NCBI GenBank assembly: GCA_036689275.1
Contig: CP144780.1
Span: 171,248 to 235,247 of the forward strand
Direction: 5' to 3'
Length of the DNA: 64,000 bases
Source: Candidatus Stammera capleta
GTDB taxonomy: Bacteria > Pseudomonadota > Gammaproteobacteria > Enterobacterales > Enterobacteriaceae
The position numbers and the translations under genes were made by a program. Below the pieces are notes generated by a model, which searched no databases, was not told where the DNA came from, and saw only the letters and a list, made by a program, of their open reading frames with translations. Shown here in pieces: positions 1 through 14,413 of this stretch. How positions within the stretch are numbered: the stretch's first letter is position 1; each line of letters begins with the position of its first letter.

Positions 1-702
1 TTAAGAGATATAGGTGGATTAATAGTAATAGATTTTATAGATATGATAGAATATAAAAATAAAAAAATTATTGAAAATGAATTAATTAAAAATACACAAA
101 ATGATAAAGCTAAAATTAATATAGGTAATATATCTAAATTTGGTTTATTAGAAATGTCACGTCAAAGAATCAATAAATCTTTTAAAGAATTAAACTGCTA
201 TATATGTTCAAAATGTAATGGTTTAGGATATATTAGAAATATAAAATCTTTATATTTATCTATATTAAGAATAATTAAAGAAAAATCTTTTAAAAATAGT
301 ACTAAAGAAATTCATGTAATAGTACCTTTAAATTTAGGAAAATATATATATAAAAAAAAAAAAAAATATATATACAACATTAAAAATAAAAAAAATAAAA
401 AAATTAAAATATTAATTCTAATTGATAAAAAATTACATATACCTAAATATAATATATTAAGAATTAAAGAAAAAAAAACAAATATTAAAAATAAGTATGA
501 AAAAAAAAAAAGTAAAAATATTACATATTTAAAAAATAATCAAATAAAAATATTTAAAGAAAAAAATAATATAAAAAAAAAAAATTGAATATATATTAAT
601 AATATAAATATTTTTTTTAAAAATATTTTATATAATTTTTTAAATTTAAATATTTTTAAAAAAAGAATTTTATATTTAAATAAATATAAAGAAAAAAAAT
701 AA
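1..702 (+). CDS. rne: Ribonuclease E, C-terminal part of the catalytic domain (5' end outside the window)
   Basis: Frame 1 from base 1 reads LRDIGGLIVIDFIDM..GLLEMSRQR..CYICSKCNGLGYIRN..LSILRIIKE..HIPKYNILRIK. This is colinear with the Zn-link and small domain of E. coli RNase E. The track ORF ends at TGA 586-588. With TGA=Trp the first TAA is 700-702, but the last 38 codons have no homology support, so the 3' end is uncertain. There is no degradosome scaffold region. Confidence 0.8.
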
Positions 703-732
703 AATTTATAATTTTAAAAGTTAAATATAAAA

Positions 733-3201
<2,469 letters not shown>

Positions 3202-3236
3202 TATAAAACTTTAATTTATTTTTTTAAAAATATATC

Positions 3237-3962
3237 ATGTTTAATAAACTTAATATAAACTATTTATATAAAAAATATAATATTTTTCATATAATAGGTA
3301 ATAATTATAACATAAAACAAAAATGTAAATTATTTATAAAAAATAAAATAAATTCTTTAATTAAAAAAAATATAAATATAAATATATTAATAGATAAAAA
3401 TTTTAATTGAAATATTATAAAAAATAACATTATTAATAAGGAAATTTATTATTTAAATAAATTATTAATTATTAATATCATAGAAAAATATAAAGAAATT
3501 AATAAAATAATTTATAATAATATAATATTACATATTAAAAATTATAATATTAAAAATATTTTTATAATAATTAATTATGAACATGATTATTATAATAATA
3601 ATATAATTAAAAAAAATAAAAAAAATTTAATTATAAAATTTAATTCTAATAAAAATTATTATAATAAATATATTTATTATGATATTAAATATAAATATAT
3701 AAAAAACATATTTTTATTTTTAAAAAAAAAAAAAATTAATAAATTATTAAATATAATTAATAATATAAAAAATAATATAAATAATAAAATATTATTAATC
3801 AATATTTTATTTAAATATTTTACTAATAATATATATAAATTTAATAAAATTAAAATTAATAAAATATTAAATTTAATTAAAAAATTAGAAATAAAAATTA
3901 AAAAAAATATTAATATTTCATTAATTAATATTCAATTAATAATAATATTATTATTTATATAA
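3237..3962 (+). CDS. holA: Putative DNA polymerase III delta subunit (very degenerate)
   Basis: ATG 3237 to TAA 3960-3962, 241 codons traced, one TGA. There is a weak match to HolA: FHIIGNN versus E. coli YLLLGND, and an NWNII block versus DWNAIF. It lies directly downstream of leuS as in E. coli, with lptE missing. The call rests mainly on position. Confidence 0.45.
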
Positions 3963-3967
3963 AGTTA

Positions 3968-5839
3968 TTATTCAATTAATCTTTTACAAATATTATTGTA
4001 ATATTTTTTAATATTTTTAATACTTTTAATTAAAATATCTTTATTACCATAAATAGAAATTTTTTTTTTAGAACGAGTAATAGCAGTATATATTAATTCT
4101 TTATTTAATATATTAGAATAATAATCTGGTAAAACTAAAAAAACATGTTCATACTCTGAACCCTGAGATTTATGTACTGTAATAGATCACATATAATCTC
4201 AATATTTAATATTAGTAAAATAAATAATTCTATAATTATTATTATCTAAATTTAAAATCTTTAATTGATTATTATGAAATATAAAAAAACAAATATCCCC
4301 ATTAAATAATTTAATATTATTATTATTCTTAGTTATTATTATAGGTTCTCCATAATAATAAATATTATTTTTATTAATTAAAATATTAGAAGATAAATTT
4401 TTTTTAATAAAATAATTATTTATATATTTATTTAATATATTTGTACCATATTTAGTACTTTTTATAACTGATAATATTTGAAATTTATTTAAATAATAAA
4501 AAAAATTTAAATAATTACCATTTTCTTTAATATACCTAAAATAAATTAAATAGTTTTTAATACACTTTTTTAATAAAAAACTATAATTAAATTTTATAGA
4601 ATCATAAAAATTAAAATTATTATTATAATTAATATTATATAAAAAATTATCTATTTCTTTTCAATTATTAGTATTTATTAATATAATAAATTTATTTAAA
4701 TATATATTTTGATTAAAACGATAATTTTTAATTAAAAAAGAAATATTATTATTTAATTTATTAATATCAATTGATAATTTTAAAAAATTAAAATTATATT
4801 TAGATAAAAAATTAATAATATTTTTTTTATTTTTTAAAAAAGAAAAATTATATTTACATATTTCATTAAATACTGAACTTGATTCTATAGCACCTATTTG
4901 TTTATAATCACCTAATAAAATTATTTTAATAAATTTATTATCTAATAAATTACATAAATAATTAAAAGTCAATAAATCTATCATAGATGATTCATCTATA
5001 ATTAATATATTAATATCTAAAAAAAAATTACTATTAATAAAACTTCTTTTTTTATTAAAATTTAAATCTAAAAATTTATGTAAAGTTATTGATTTGTTAG
5101 GTAATCTTTTTTTAAAAGATTCATCTATATTTAATAAATTATAATTTTTATTAATACAATTAGTTAAGTAAGAAGATGATCTACCAGTATAAGATACTAT
5201 AATTATAGAATCACTATTTTTAAAATTAAATATTTTATATAAAATTATAATTAATTTAGTAATTAAAGTTGTTTTACCTGTTCCAGGTCCACCAGAAATT
5301 ATAGATATTTTATTAAAAAATACATTTAATATACAAATTTTTTGATATAAATCTAAATTAAATCTTTTAATAAAATTTAAAAGATAAAATATTTTTTTTT
5401 TATTAAATTTTATATTTTTACATAAATTAATTTTTAAAAAATTTATTATATTAGTTTCATATATTCAAAATTTATGTAAATATATACATTCTTTATATAA
5501 TATAAAAGGAGTATTATAATTATTATAATATAAACTAATAATATTATATTTAAACAAAATATTAATACTTTCTTTAATAGAAATATATTTTTTAAAAAAA
5601 AAAAATAAAAATTCTAATATATAACTAGAAAAAAAATTTTTATTTAAAATTTTATTAATTGGTATACAAGTATTTCCTAATCTGCTAGATAAACTTAATA
5701 AACAAGAATACAAAATTATTACATCTGAATCAAAATCATTTTTTATTTCAAATAATTTAGAAAAATATATATCTAATAATTTTATTTCTTTTTTTTTATA
5801 ACATAATAATAAAAACTTTTCTACTATACTAATAAACAT
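3968..5839 (-). CDS. recD: Exodeoxyribonuclease V alpha subunit RecD
   Basis: ATG at 5839, TAA at 3968-3970. I traced all gaps between track ORFs and found TGA only. Motifs are [11 protein letters not shown] (Walker A), [27 protein letters not shown] and [12 protein letters not shown]. It follows recB after an 8-nt gap. Confidence 0.9.
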
Positions 5840-5847
5840 TAAAATCC

Positions 5848-8800
5848 TTATTTAATTAATAAATTACTTAATTTTACAATTAAATTTATATTAGGTTTTA
5901 AATATAACAAACCAGTATAAGATCTATTATTATTATCTAATAATAAACCTCTAAAAAATATATTAAAAATACCACCAAAATTATCTTTATAATTATAATT
6001 TTTAATATTTAATTTTAAATAATTATGTAAAGCTATAGAATATAAATAATATTGTATATCATATCTATGATAAATAATATTTTTTTTAATATTATTTAAT
6101 TTATAAAAATTATAATTATATCCTAATCAATTAGATTTATAATCTATAATATAAAATTTCTTTTTATACATAAATATTAAATCTATAAATCCATTTAAAA
6201 ATCCTTTAATTTTATAATCTATAAGTATATCTTCACATTTTAAAGATATATCATCATATTTTTTAATAATATAATTAAATTCTTTAAAATTTATTTCTTT
6301 TTTAATATATATAAAAAATTCAAATTCTTTTCAAACATTAATTAAACTAACTAAATTAATATTCAATGGATATAAATAAACATTTAAAATATTTAAAATA
6401 ATTCTTTTAATAATAAAAAAAAAATTTTTATTTATATTATAAATAAACATATATTTTAATAATTTATTATTAAATAATAAATTAGAAAAATTTATTTTTT
6501 CTAAAATCTTATGAAAAAAAATACCTATTTTTTTACCTTTAGGTAATAAATTATATTTTTCTTTTTTTTTAATTTTATTAATTATATAAATATTATTTTT
6601 TTTATTTATAGAAATTAAATTAGAATAATTAATTACTCTATTTAAAATATTTTTATTTAAATTATTTTTAAAATTTATATCAATATTTTTATAATATTTA
6701 TATATATTAAAATTATTTTTTTTAATATAATCATTAATTTCTATATTTATTAAATTAATATAAGAAACTTTTAAATATTTTAAAAATATATTTTTAATTT
6801 CCATATAATTAAAATAATTATTTTTACTTATTAATCTACCTATAGAAGTAAAACAAAAACTTTTATTAAATTTATTAAATGATAAATCATATAATATTAT
6901 ATTACATTGATATATAGATCTAGTAATAGCTACATATAATAAACGCATTTCTTCAGAAATTAATTCCTCTTCCATTAAATTTCTATATTTTAATTTATTT
7001 AATAAATCTATATTAATTTTATAATTTTTACGATTATGAAAAATATTATAATTATTATAATTTTTTAAATATATTAAAAACGGTATTCAAATAATATTAA
7101 ATTGTAATCCCTTAGATTTATGTATAGTAGAAATTTTAACTCCATTATTATTTGATAAAGATCTTAAATAATATTCTTTTTTATATGTAACATTTAAATT
7201 ATTAATTTTTTTATTTAATCAATTTAATAATAAATATTTATCTTTTATAATAAAAGATTTTTTTTGTAAAATTTCAGAAATATGTAATATATTTATGTTA
7301 CTCTGTTCATCTTTATAATTTATTTTATTATTTATATTTTTTTTTTCTTTTAAAATAAAATTTACTAATGAATAAATACCATTATTTTTTCATATATTAT
7401 AATAATTATTAAATTTATCCATTAATTCAATATAAATATTTTTATTATTAAATAACTCATTTATAAATAATAAATCATAACCTAATATATTAGTAGATAA
7501 TGCATTACATATATTAAAATTTGATTGAGGGAATAAAATAGATTTTAACAAAAAATAAATTTCTTTAGCTTCTAAAGTATGAAAAATATTACTTTTATCT
7601 AATATGCAATCAGTTGGTAAAAAAAACTCCTTAAAAATGTCATGAAAAATTTTAATTTCATAATTTTTATGAACTAATATACATATATCAGACGGTAATA
7701 TCTTTCTTTTATTATTAAATAAATCATTAATATAATAATTATTAGAATTTAAAATATTAAATATTTTAATAACACAAAATTTAGCAATTTTTATTTTATA
7801 ATTTAAACTATTAATATTATTAAATATATAAAAATTCATAGTAAAATCAATATTATTATTTTTAAAAATTATTAAATTTTTATTTTTTCTAGAAGGTTTA
7901 GAATATATATATTTTATATTATTAAAAATAAATGAATTATTAATATTAGAAAACAAATAATTAATATTTTTAACTAAATTATATGAAGATCTTCAATTAA
8001 TATTTAATAAATATAAAAAATCTACATTTTTTTTAAATTTTATATAGTTAAAAATATTAGCTCCTCTAAAAGTATATATAGATTGTTTAGGATCACCAAT
8101 AAAAATTACTTTAGTTTTATAAAAATTTTTATCTAAATATATTTTTTTAAATATTTTATATTGTAATAAATCAGTATCTTGAAATTCATCTATTAATAAA
8201 ATAGGATAATTTAATCTAATAAAGTTACATATATAACTATTATTATCTTTTAATAATAAAAAATATAATTTATCAATTAAATCATTAAAATCTATAGAAT
8301 TATCTTTCTTTTTTATTAAAATAATTTTTTTTTTAATATATTTAATACATTTTAAAATTATAAAATTATATAAATTATTTTTAATTAATAATAAATAATC
8401 AATAAACTTCAAAAAAAATTTTAATTTACTACTTAATAGTATATTATATTTAGATAAATATTTATAACTAAATTTATTAATACATTTAGGGATATAAAAA
8501 TCTATAGTATTACTTTTAGATCATAAAAATATTTCATTCAAATATTTATTAATATTAATATATTTATATAAAAGTTTATTTTTTTTAATTAAAAAAAATA
8601 AATTATATATATACTTATAATATTTTAATCATTTTTTTTTAAAATATATTATATCATATATAATTTTACTATAACAATTTTCTATGGAACAATAATTATA
8701 TTGAAAATTAAATTCATAATTTGATAAATTTAAAATAGGTAAAATACAATCTAATAATTTTTTTGGATTTAATCAATAGGAATAAATAATTCTACTAATA

Positions 8801-9327
8801 TTAATATTTAATCTATAAAAATACTTACGTCAAAACAATAAAATTATATTATATATAATATTATTATTATAATTTACAACTTTAGAAAAACTACTAATAT
8901 TAGAATGAATAAAATATAAATATAAAATTTTTTTACAAAAACTATGAATGGTAAAAATAGAAATATTATCTATATAATTTTCATAATTTATTAAAATATC
9001 AATAATATTATATATATTTTTAATATAATTAAATATTTCTTTTAAATAAATATCAGTAACTTTATTGTTTATACACGAAATACGTAATTTAATTATATTA
9101 TTTAATATTCTATTTTTAATTTCTAAAGTTGCTAAATCAGTATATGTAACTACTAAAATATTATCAATAAATAAATTATTAAAATTAATATCAATATTAA
9201 TATTTAATAATAAACGTAAATATATTAAAGATAATATATGAGTTTTACCAGTCCCTGCTGATGCTTCTATTAAATTACTTTTACCTATAAAAAAATTTAA
9301 AAAATTTAAATTATTAATATTTAACAT
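5848..9327 (-). CDS. recB: Exodeoxyribonuclease V beta subunit RecB
   Basis: ATG at 9327, TAA at 5848-5850, 1159 aa. The five track fragments share one frame, and all gaps I traced contain TGA only. Motifs are IEASAGTGKTH (Walker A), LIDEFQDTD and STIHKSKGLQF. The C-terminal nuclease reads GFLNGFIDLIFMYKKKFYIIDYKSNWLG. Confidence 0.9.
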
Positions 9328-9330
9328 ATA

Positions 9331-12300
9331 TTATTTTTTATTATTATAATTAATGATTAAATTATTAAATATTGGTAATAATCAAATATCAATTTGTTTA
9401 ATAATATAATCAAAATTTAAAAAATTAAAATATTTTTTTAATATATATAATATATATATATTACTAATTTCTCCTTTAATATAATTATTTCCATATAAAC
9501 TATAATATAATTTTTTTTTCGCTATACTAAGATAAAATTTATTAACTAAATTTTTAGTAATATAATTATACGCAGAAAAAATTCATATATTAGAAGATTT
9601 AGGAAATAATAAAATAGGATTATTAAAATTATTTAAATAACCATTAACATAATCTATTAAATAAAATTTTGAATTTAATTTACTTAAAGGATAAAAATAT
9701 CAAATACCATTATAACCATACATATAACTACAACATTTACCACCTAAATAACAATATATTAAATGATCTATTCAAAATAATAATGCATCTATTATAGTTA
9801 AATTTCTAGGAAATCATACAAATAAACCATTATCTTTATATTTATTAATAAAACCTTTAATTACAAAATTATTTATTTTTAAATTAATTTTAATTCTATT
9901 ATTTTTAAAGTAAATTTTTTTAATATTATTAGTTAAAAATAATATATTATTCTTTTCTTTTTCTCATATTATTTTGCTTCTAAAATTAAAAGGTAATACA
10001 TTTGATTTTTGTAAATAATTATAAATATTACTTAAATCATTAAATTTAATTAAATAATCAATAATTTTAAATTTTAAAAAATAATACTTAATATTATCAA
10101 TATTAAATAATTCTTCATTATTAAAATGATAATTTTCTATAAAATAATTAATATTAAATATTTTGTTAAAAAAAAACTTTATAGGATATGATCAAAAATT
10201 ATGTAAATCTAATAAATTAATTAAATATCTTCCTTTATTTATTTTTAATAATTTATTTTTATTAAAATAAAAAAAATTTTTTAGTGTATATTTACTATTT
10301 TCTTTTCTAATTTTTATTAATATAAAAAAATTATTTTTTTTAAAATTTATAATATAATTAAAATTAAACTTATTAATATAATTATTTAAAAAAAATAATA
10401 AACTAGATGGGAAACTTAAACTATTTTTAATATAATTAAAATTAATATAGCTAATATATATTTTTTTTTTACTAAAATATATTTTTTCTAAAAAAGAATA
10501 TTTATCAAAACTATTTCTATCATGATCACCTAATCTATTATTAAAATTAATTAAATTTAAACTACAATTATCATTTTTCTTTGGAAAAACATCATTATTC
10601 ATACCTATTAAACAAGTTACTTTATAAGATATAGATTTCAAACATGAAAAAGAACAAAAATTAATTTTATTTATAGAAAAAATTTTATTTTTTTTATATT
10701 TTAAAAAATAAAAAAATATTTTTTTAAAATATTCAATATTATATTTATTTTTTTTTAAAAAAAAAATATTATAATTAGTTAATTTTAATATACTTTTTTT
10801 ATTTAAAAAAACATTTTTATCTAAATATTTTTTATAAAAAAAATCTTTTAAAAAATTATTTAATAAAAATATTCAATTACCAAAATTATAAGATTTATCT
10901 AAAACATCCCTTCAATAAAAAATTTTAAAAAAAAAAATACATATTTTTTCTATAAAATTATTAAAAAAATTATTAGATAAAAACGAATATGGAACTATAT
11001 TATTTCAAATACAAAATTCATTATTAATACAATAACCTAATAAAATTCTTTTAACTCCATTAATTCAAGTACTATAATTAAATTCTTTATAAGATATATT
11101 ATTTAATATTTCTTTATTATTTAAATTAATTCCTATATCCTTAATTATGTAAAAAATGATATTTAATTCATCATATGAAATATTAAATTTTTTAAAAATA
11201 ATTTTATATTTTAAAAAATTTAGTAAATCACAAAAATTATATTCAACATTATATATATTTAACAATTTAGAAAAAATATTTAATACATTATTATCATATA
11301 AATAATTATTTTCTAAAATTTTAAAAGGTAAATATTTTTTATATAATTCATCTAAAAAAATTCCTTTAATATAAGGATAATAAATATTAATATCAGTTAC
11401 ATATACTATAATATCATTAACACTATAAGATTTATTTAATATTAAATCTAATAAAAAAAATTTTAAATTATTAATTTCTTCTACATATCCACAATAATTA
11501 TTAATAATTACAGAATTATCATTTATTTTTTTTTTTATAAAAAAACTATTTTTAAATTTTAAAATATCATTTTTTATGATATCTATATTTTTACTCTTTT
11601 TTTTAAAATTTAAAAAATATTTTTTTTCATTTATTTCCATATCAAAAAATAAAGATAAATATTGTGAAAAATTTTTACCACAATTTAATAAAAAAGAATT
11701 TAATTTATTATAATTATAAAATTTATATAATTTATTTTTAGTATATAAATTATTATCAGAAAAATTAAATAAATTAATATCATATCAATATTCATAGCTA
11801 GGATTAATTAAAAAATAATTAATATTAATAAATTTAGATAATCTATATAATATATTTAAATATATAGGTGGAATATTAACTACATTAAATATTAATATAT
11901 TTTTAATTTTTTTTAGATAATCCAAATTTTTATTATTTATTCTTTTTAAAACTTCATAGTAAATAAAAGATCTATTTCATTTATAATTAAATTTTTTAAT
12001 AAAATATTTATTAATTTTTCTTCATAATATGGATTGTCAATTATAATGTATATTATCTTTAATATCATTAACAACTTTATAAGTTTGCCATTTTTTTAAT
12101 CAATCCACTCTATACATAAGATATTCATCATATATATTAGAAATTTTAACAGACAAATTAAATAATTTATTATAATTATAATCATTATTTAGATACTCCT
12201 TTAATATATTAAATTCTTTTAATTTAATACATTTAGGTAATAAATGTAATATTACTAAAATTAAATTATTTTTTTTATTTAAATAATTATTAGATATTTC

Positions 12301-12531
12301 TGGAATTAAATATTTATAAATTTTCCATATAAATTTTCCTGTTAATATAAAATTTAAATTAGCACATACACCTAATTTTTTAGATAAAAACATTTTTAAT
12401 ATAAAAGATATATTATTATCTGGTATTAAAATATATGTATCTTTTATAAAAGAAAATTTTTTTTTTTTAATAATTTTTAAAAATTTATACTTTAATAATC
12501 TTAAATTATTAGATTGATATAATGTAAACAT
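9331..12531 (-). CDS. recC: Exodeoxyribonuclease V gamma subunit RecC
   Basis: ATG at 12531, TAA at 9331-9333, 1066 aa. The N-terminus MFTLYQSNNLRLL matches E. coli MLRVYHSNRLDVL. All three inter-fragment gaps were traced in frame and contain TGA only. There are 3 nt between the recC stop and the recB start, and no ptrA between them. Confidence 0.9.
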
Positions 12532-12566
12532 AATCTATTTTCTTTATTTTTTTTTTAAAAAAAAAA

Positions 12567-13067
12567 TTATATTTTATATAAACATAATATTATGGATATA
12601 ATTAATATTAATATACAAAAATAAAATTGTTGTTTTTTTTTAATAAATAAATATAATAATGGAAACCTAATTTTATATTTATAAGGTCAAAAAAAATACA
12701 CACCATTATAAGTAATCATATCAGAAATTATATGACTTATATATCCTATATATATTCCTAAAATAATATTTTTATTAATTAATAAAACAAAAAAATTTAA
12801 ATAAACATATATAATATATATAATAAATAAAATTAATAAACTATGTGTAAAAGTTCTATGACCAAAAATATAAAATATAAAATTAGAAATTAATTTAAAT
12901 TTATTACCTAAATAAGATTTAGGATGATCTATATCAGGTAATATAGAAAAAAATAAAGCCAAAAATATTATATATAATATATTATATTTTATATTTAAAA
13001 AAATTAATAATTTAATTAATAAAATCACTAAAGAACAACAAAATATTAAATGATTTTCAATATACAC
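12567..13067 (-). CDS. ydjM: Inner-membrane metal-dependent hydrolase YdjM family (DUF457)
   Basis: ILPDIDHPKSYLGNK, FGHRTFTHSLL and GYISHIISDMITYNGVYFFWPYKYKIRFP match E. coli YdjM LLPDIDHPKSFLGQR, GHRGFTHSLL and GYLSHILADMLTPAGVPLLWPCRWRFRLP. The Trp is TGA 12687-12689. The start is GTG at 13065-13067, preceded by AAGGTGA. TAA is at 12567-12569. Confidence 0.8.
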
Positions 13068-13076
13068 AAATTCACC

Positions 13077-13104
13077 TTAAATTCAATAAATATATTGAAT
13101 TTAA
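13077..13104. promoter_or_regulatory. Perfect 12-bp-arm inverted repeat in the ydjM/thrS divergent region
   Basis: TTAAATTCAATA-AATA-TATTGAATTTAA. On the minus strand it abuts the AAGGTGA Shine-Dalgarno-like motif (13072-13078) of ydjM. T11A10 follows at 13108-13128. Its function is unknown. Confidence 0.35.
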
Positions 13105-13203
13105 ATATTTTTTTTTTTAAAAAAAAAATATATATAAAATATATTTCTATATAATATATTATAATATAATAATTTAATTTTATTTTTTTAAAAAATATAT
13201 TGT

Positions 13204-14403
13204 ATGTTAAATAAAAGAGATCACAGAATAATAAATAAAAAAATTAATATATATTATATTAGTAAAATTTCTCCCGGAATGATATTTTGAAATTATAAAG
13301 GATTCATAATTTTAAAAAATCTAAAAAAATTAATAAGAGAAAAATTATATAAATATAATTATAAAGAAATCATAACTCCTAATTTAATTAACAAAAAAAT
13401 ATGAATACAAAGCGGACATTGAAAGAATTATAAAAAATTTATTTTTTCAACAAAATATAAGAATGATATTTTATGTATTAAACCTATGAATTGTATAGGT
13501 CATATAAAAATATTTAATTATAAAATTAGATCATATAAAAAACTACCTATTAGAATTGCTGAATTTGGTACATGTTATAGAAATGAAAATTCTGGTTCTT
13601 TACATGGATTAATAAGAACTAAATCTTTTATTCAAGATGATGGACATATATTTTGTACAATATACCAAATTGATAAAGAAATATCTAAATGTATAAATAT
13701 GATATATGAAATATATAAAATTTTTAATTTTAATAAAATATATATATATTTATCTACTAGACCTAAAAAATACATAGGTAATATTAAAATATGAAATACA
13801 GCTGAAAAACAAATTATTCATATATTAAAAAAAAAAAAAATTAAATATTTAATAAAAGATAAAGAAGGAGCATTTTATGGTCCTAAAATTGAATTTGTAC
13901 TTAAAGATTATTCAAATAGAAAATGACAATGTGGAACTATACAATTAGATTATTTTCTTTCAAAAAAACTTAAAATATTTTATTTAAATAAAAATAATAT
14001 TAAAAAAAATCCTATTATTATACATAGAGCTATTTTAGGATCATTAGAAAGATTTATAGGTATATTAATTGAACAATATAATGGAATACTACCTTTATGG
14101 TTATGTTCAATTAAAATAGTAGTATTAAATATATCTATAAAACATTTAAATTATTCTAAATATATATTAAAAACACTAAAAAATAATAATATTTTTTCTA
14201 TAGGCGATTTTACAAATAAAAAAATAAATTATAAAATTAAAAAATATACTTTACAAAAAATACCTTATATGATAATATGCGGCGATGAAGAAGTATTAAA
14301 TAATAATATAAGTGTAAGAAAATTAAAAAATAATAAATTATATAAAATAAAATTAAAAAAATTTATTAAAAAAATAAATAATAAAATTAAAAAATTTAAA
14401 TAA
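13204..14403 (+). CDS. thrS: Threonyl-tRNA synthetase, catalytic and anticodon-binding domains only
   Basis: ATG 13204 to TAA 14401-14403, 399 aa, traced. It begins MLNKRDHR.., which corresponds to about residue 240 of E. coli ThrRS. Other matches are CIKPMNCIGH, AEFGTCYRNENSGSLHGLIRTKSFIQDDGHIFC, WQCGTIQLDY and HRAILGSLERFIGIL. Confidence 0.9.
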
Positions 14404-14413
14404 GGAAAAAAAA

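Noticed and set aside
13068-13203. A replication origin at the divergent recC/ydjM-thrS spacer or in the 719-bp spacer, and a terminus at the ung/trpS convergence (40223/40224).
   Set aside because: I found no DnaA-box clusters (TTATCCACA-like), no flanking dnaA, gidA or mioC, and no consistent strand switch of genes on either side. Two such points only 27 kb apart are implausible. This needs whole-genome skew analysis and is pure speculation from this window.
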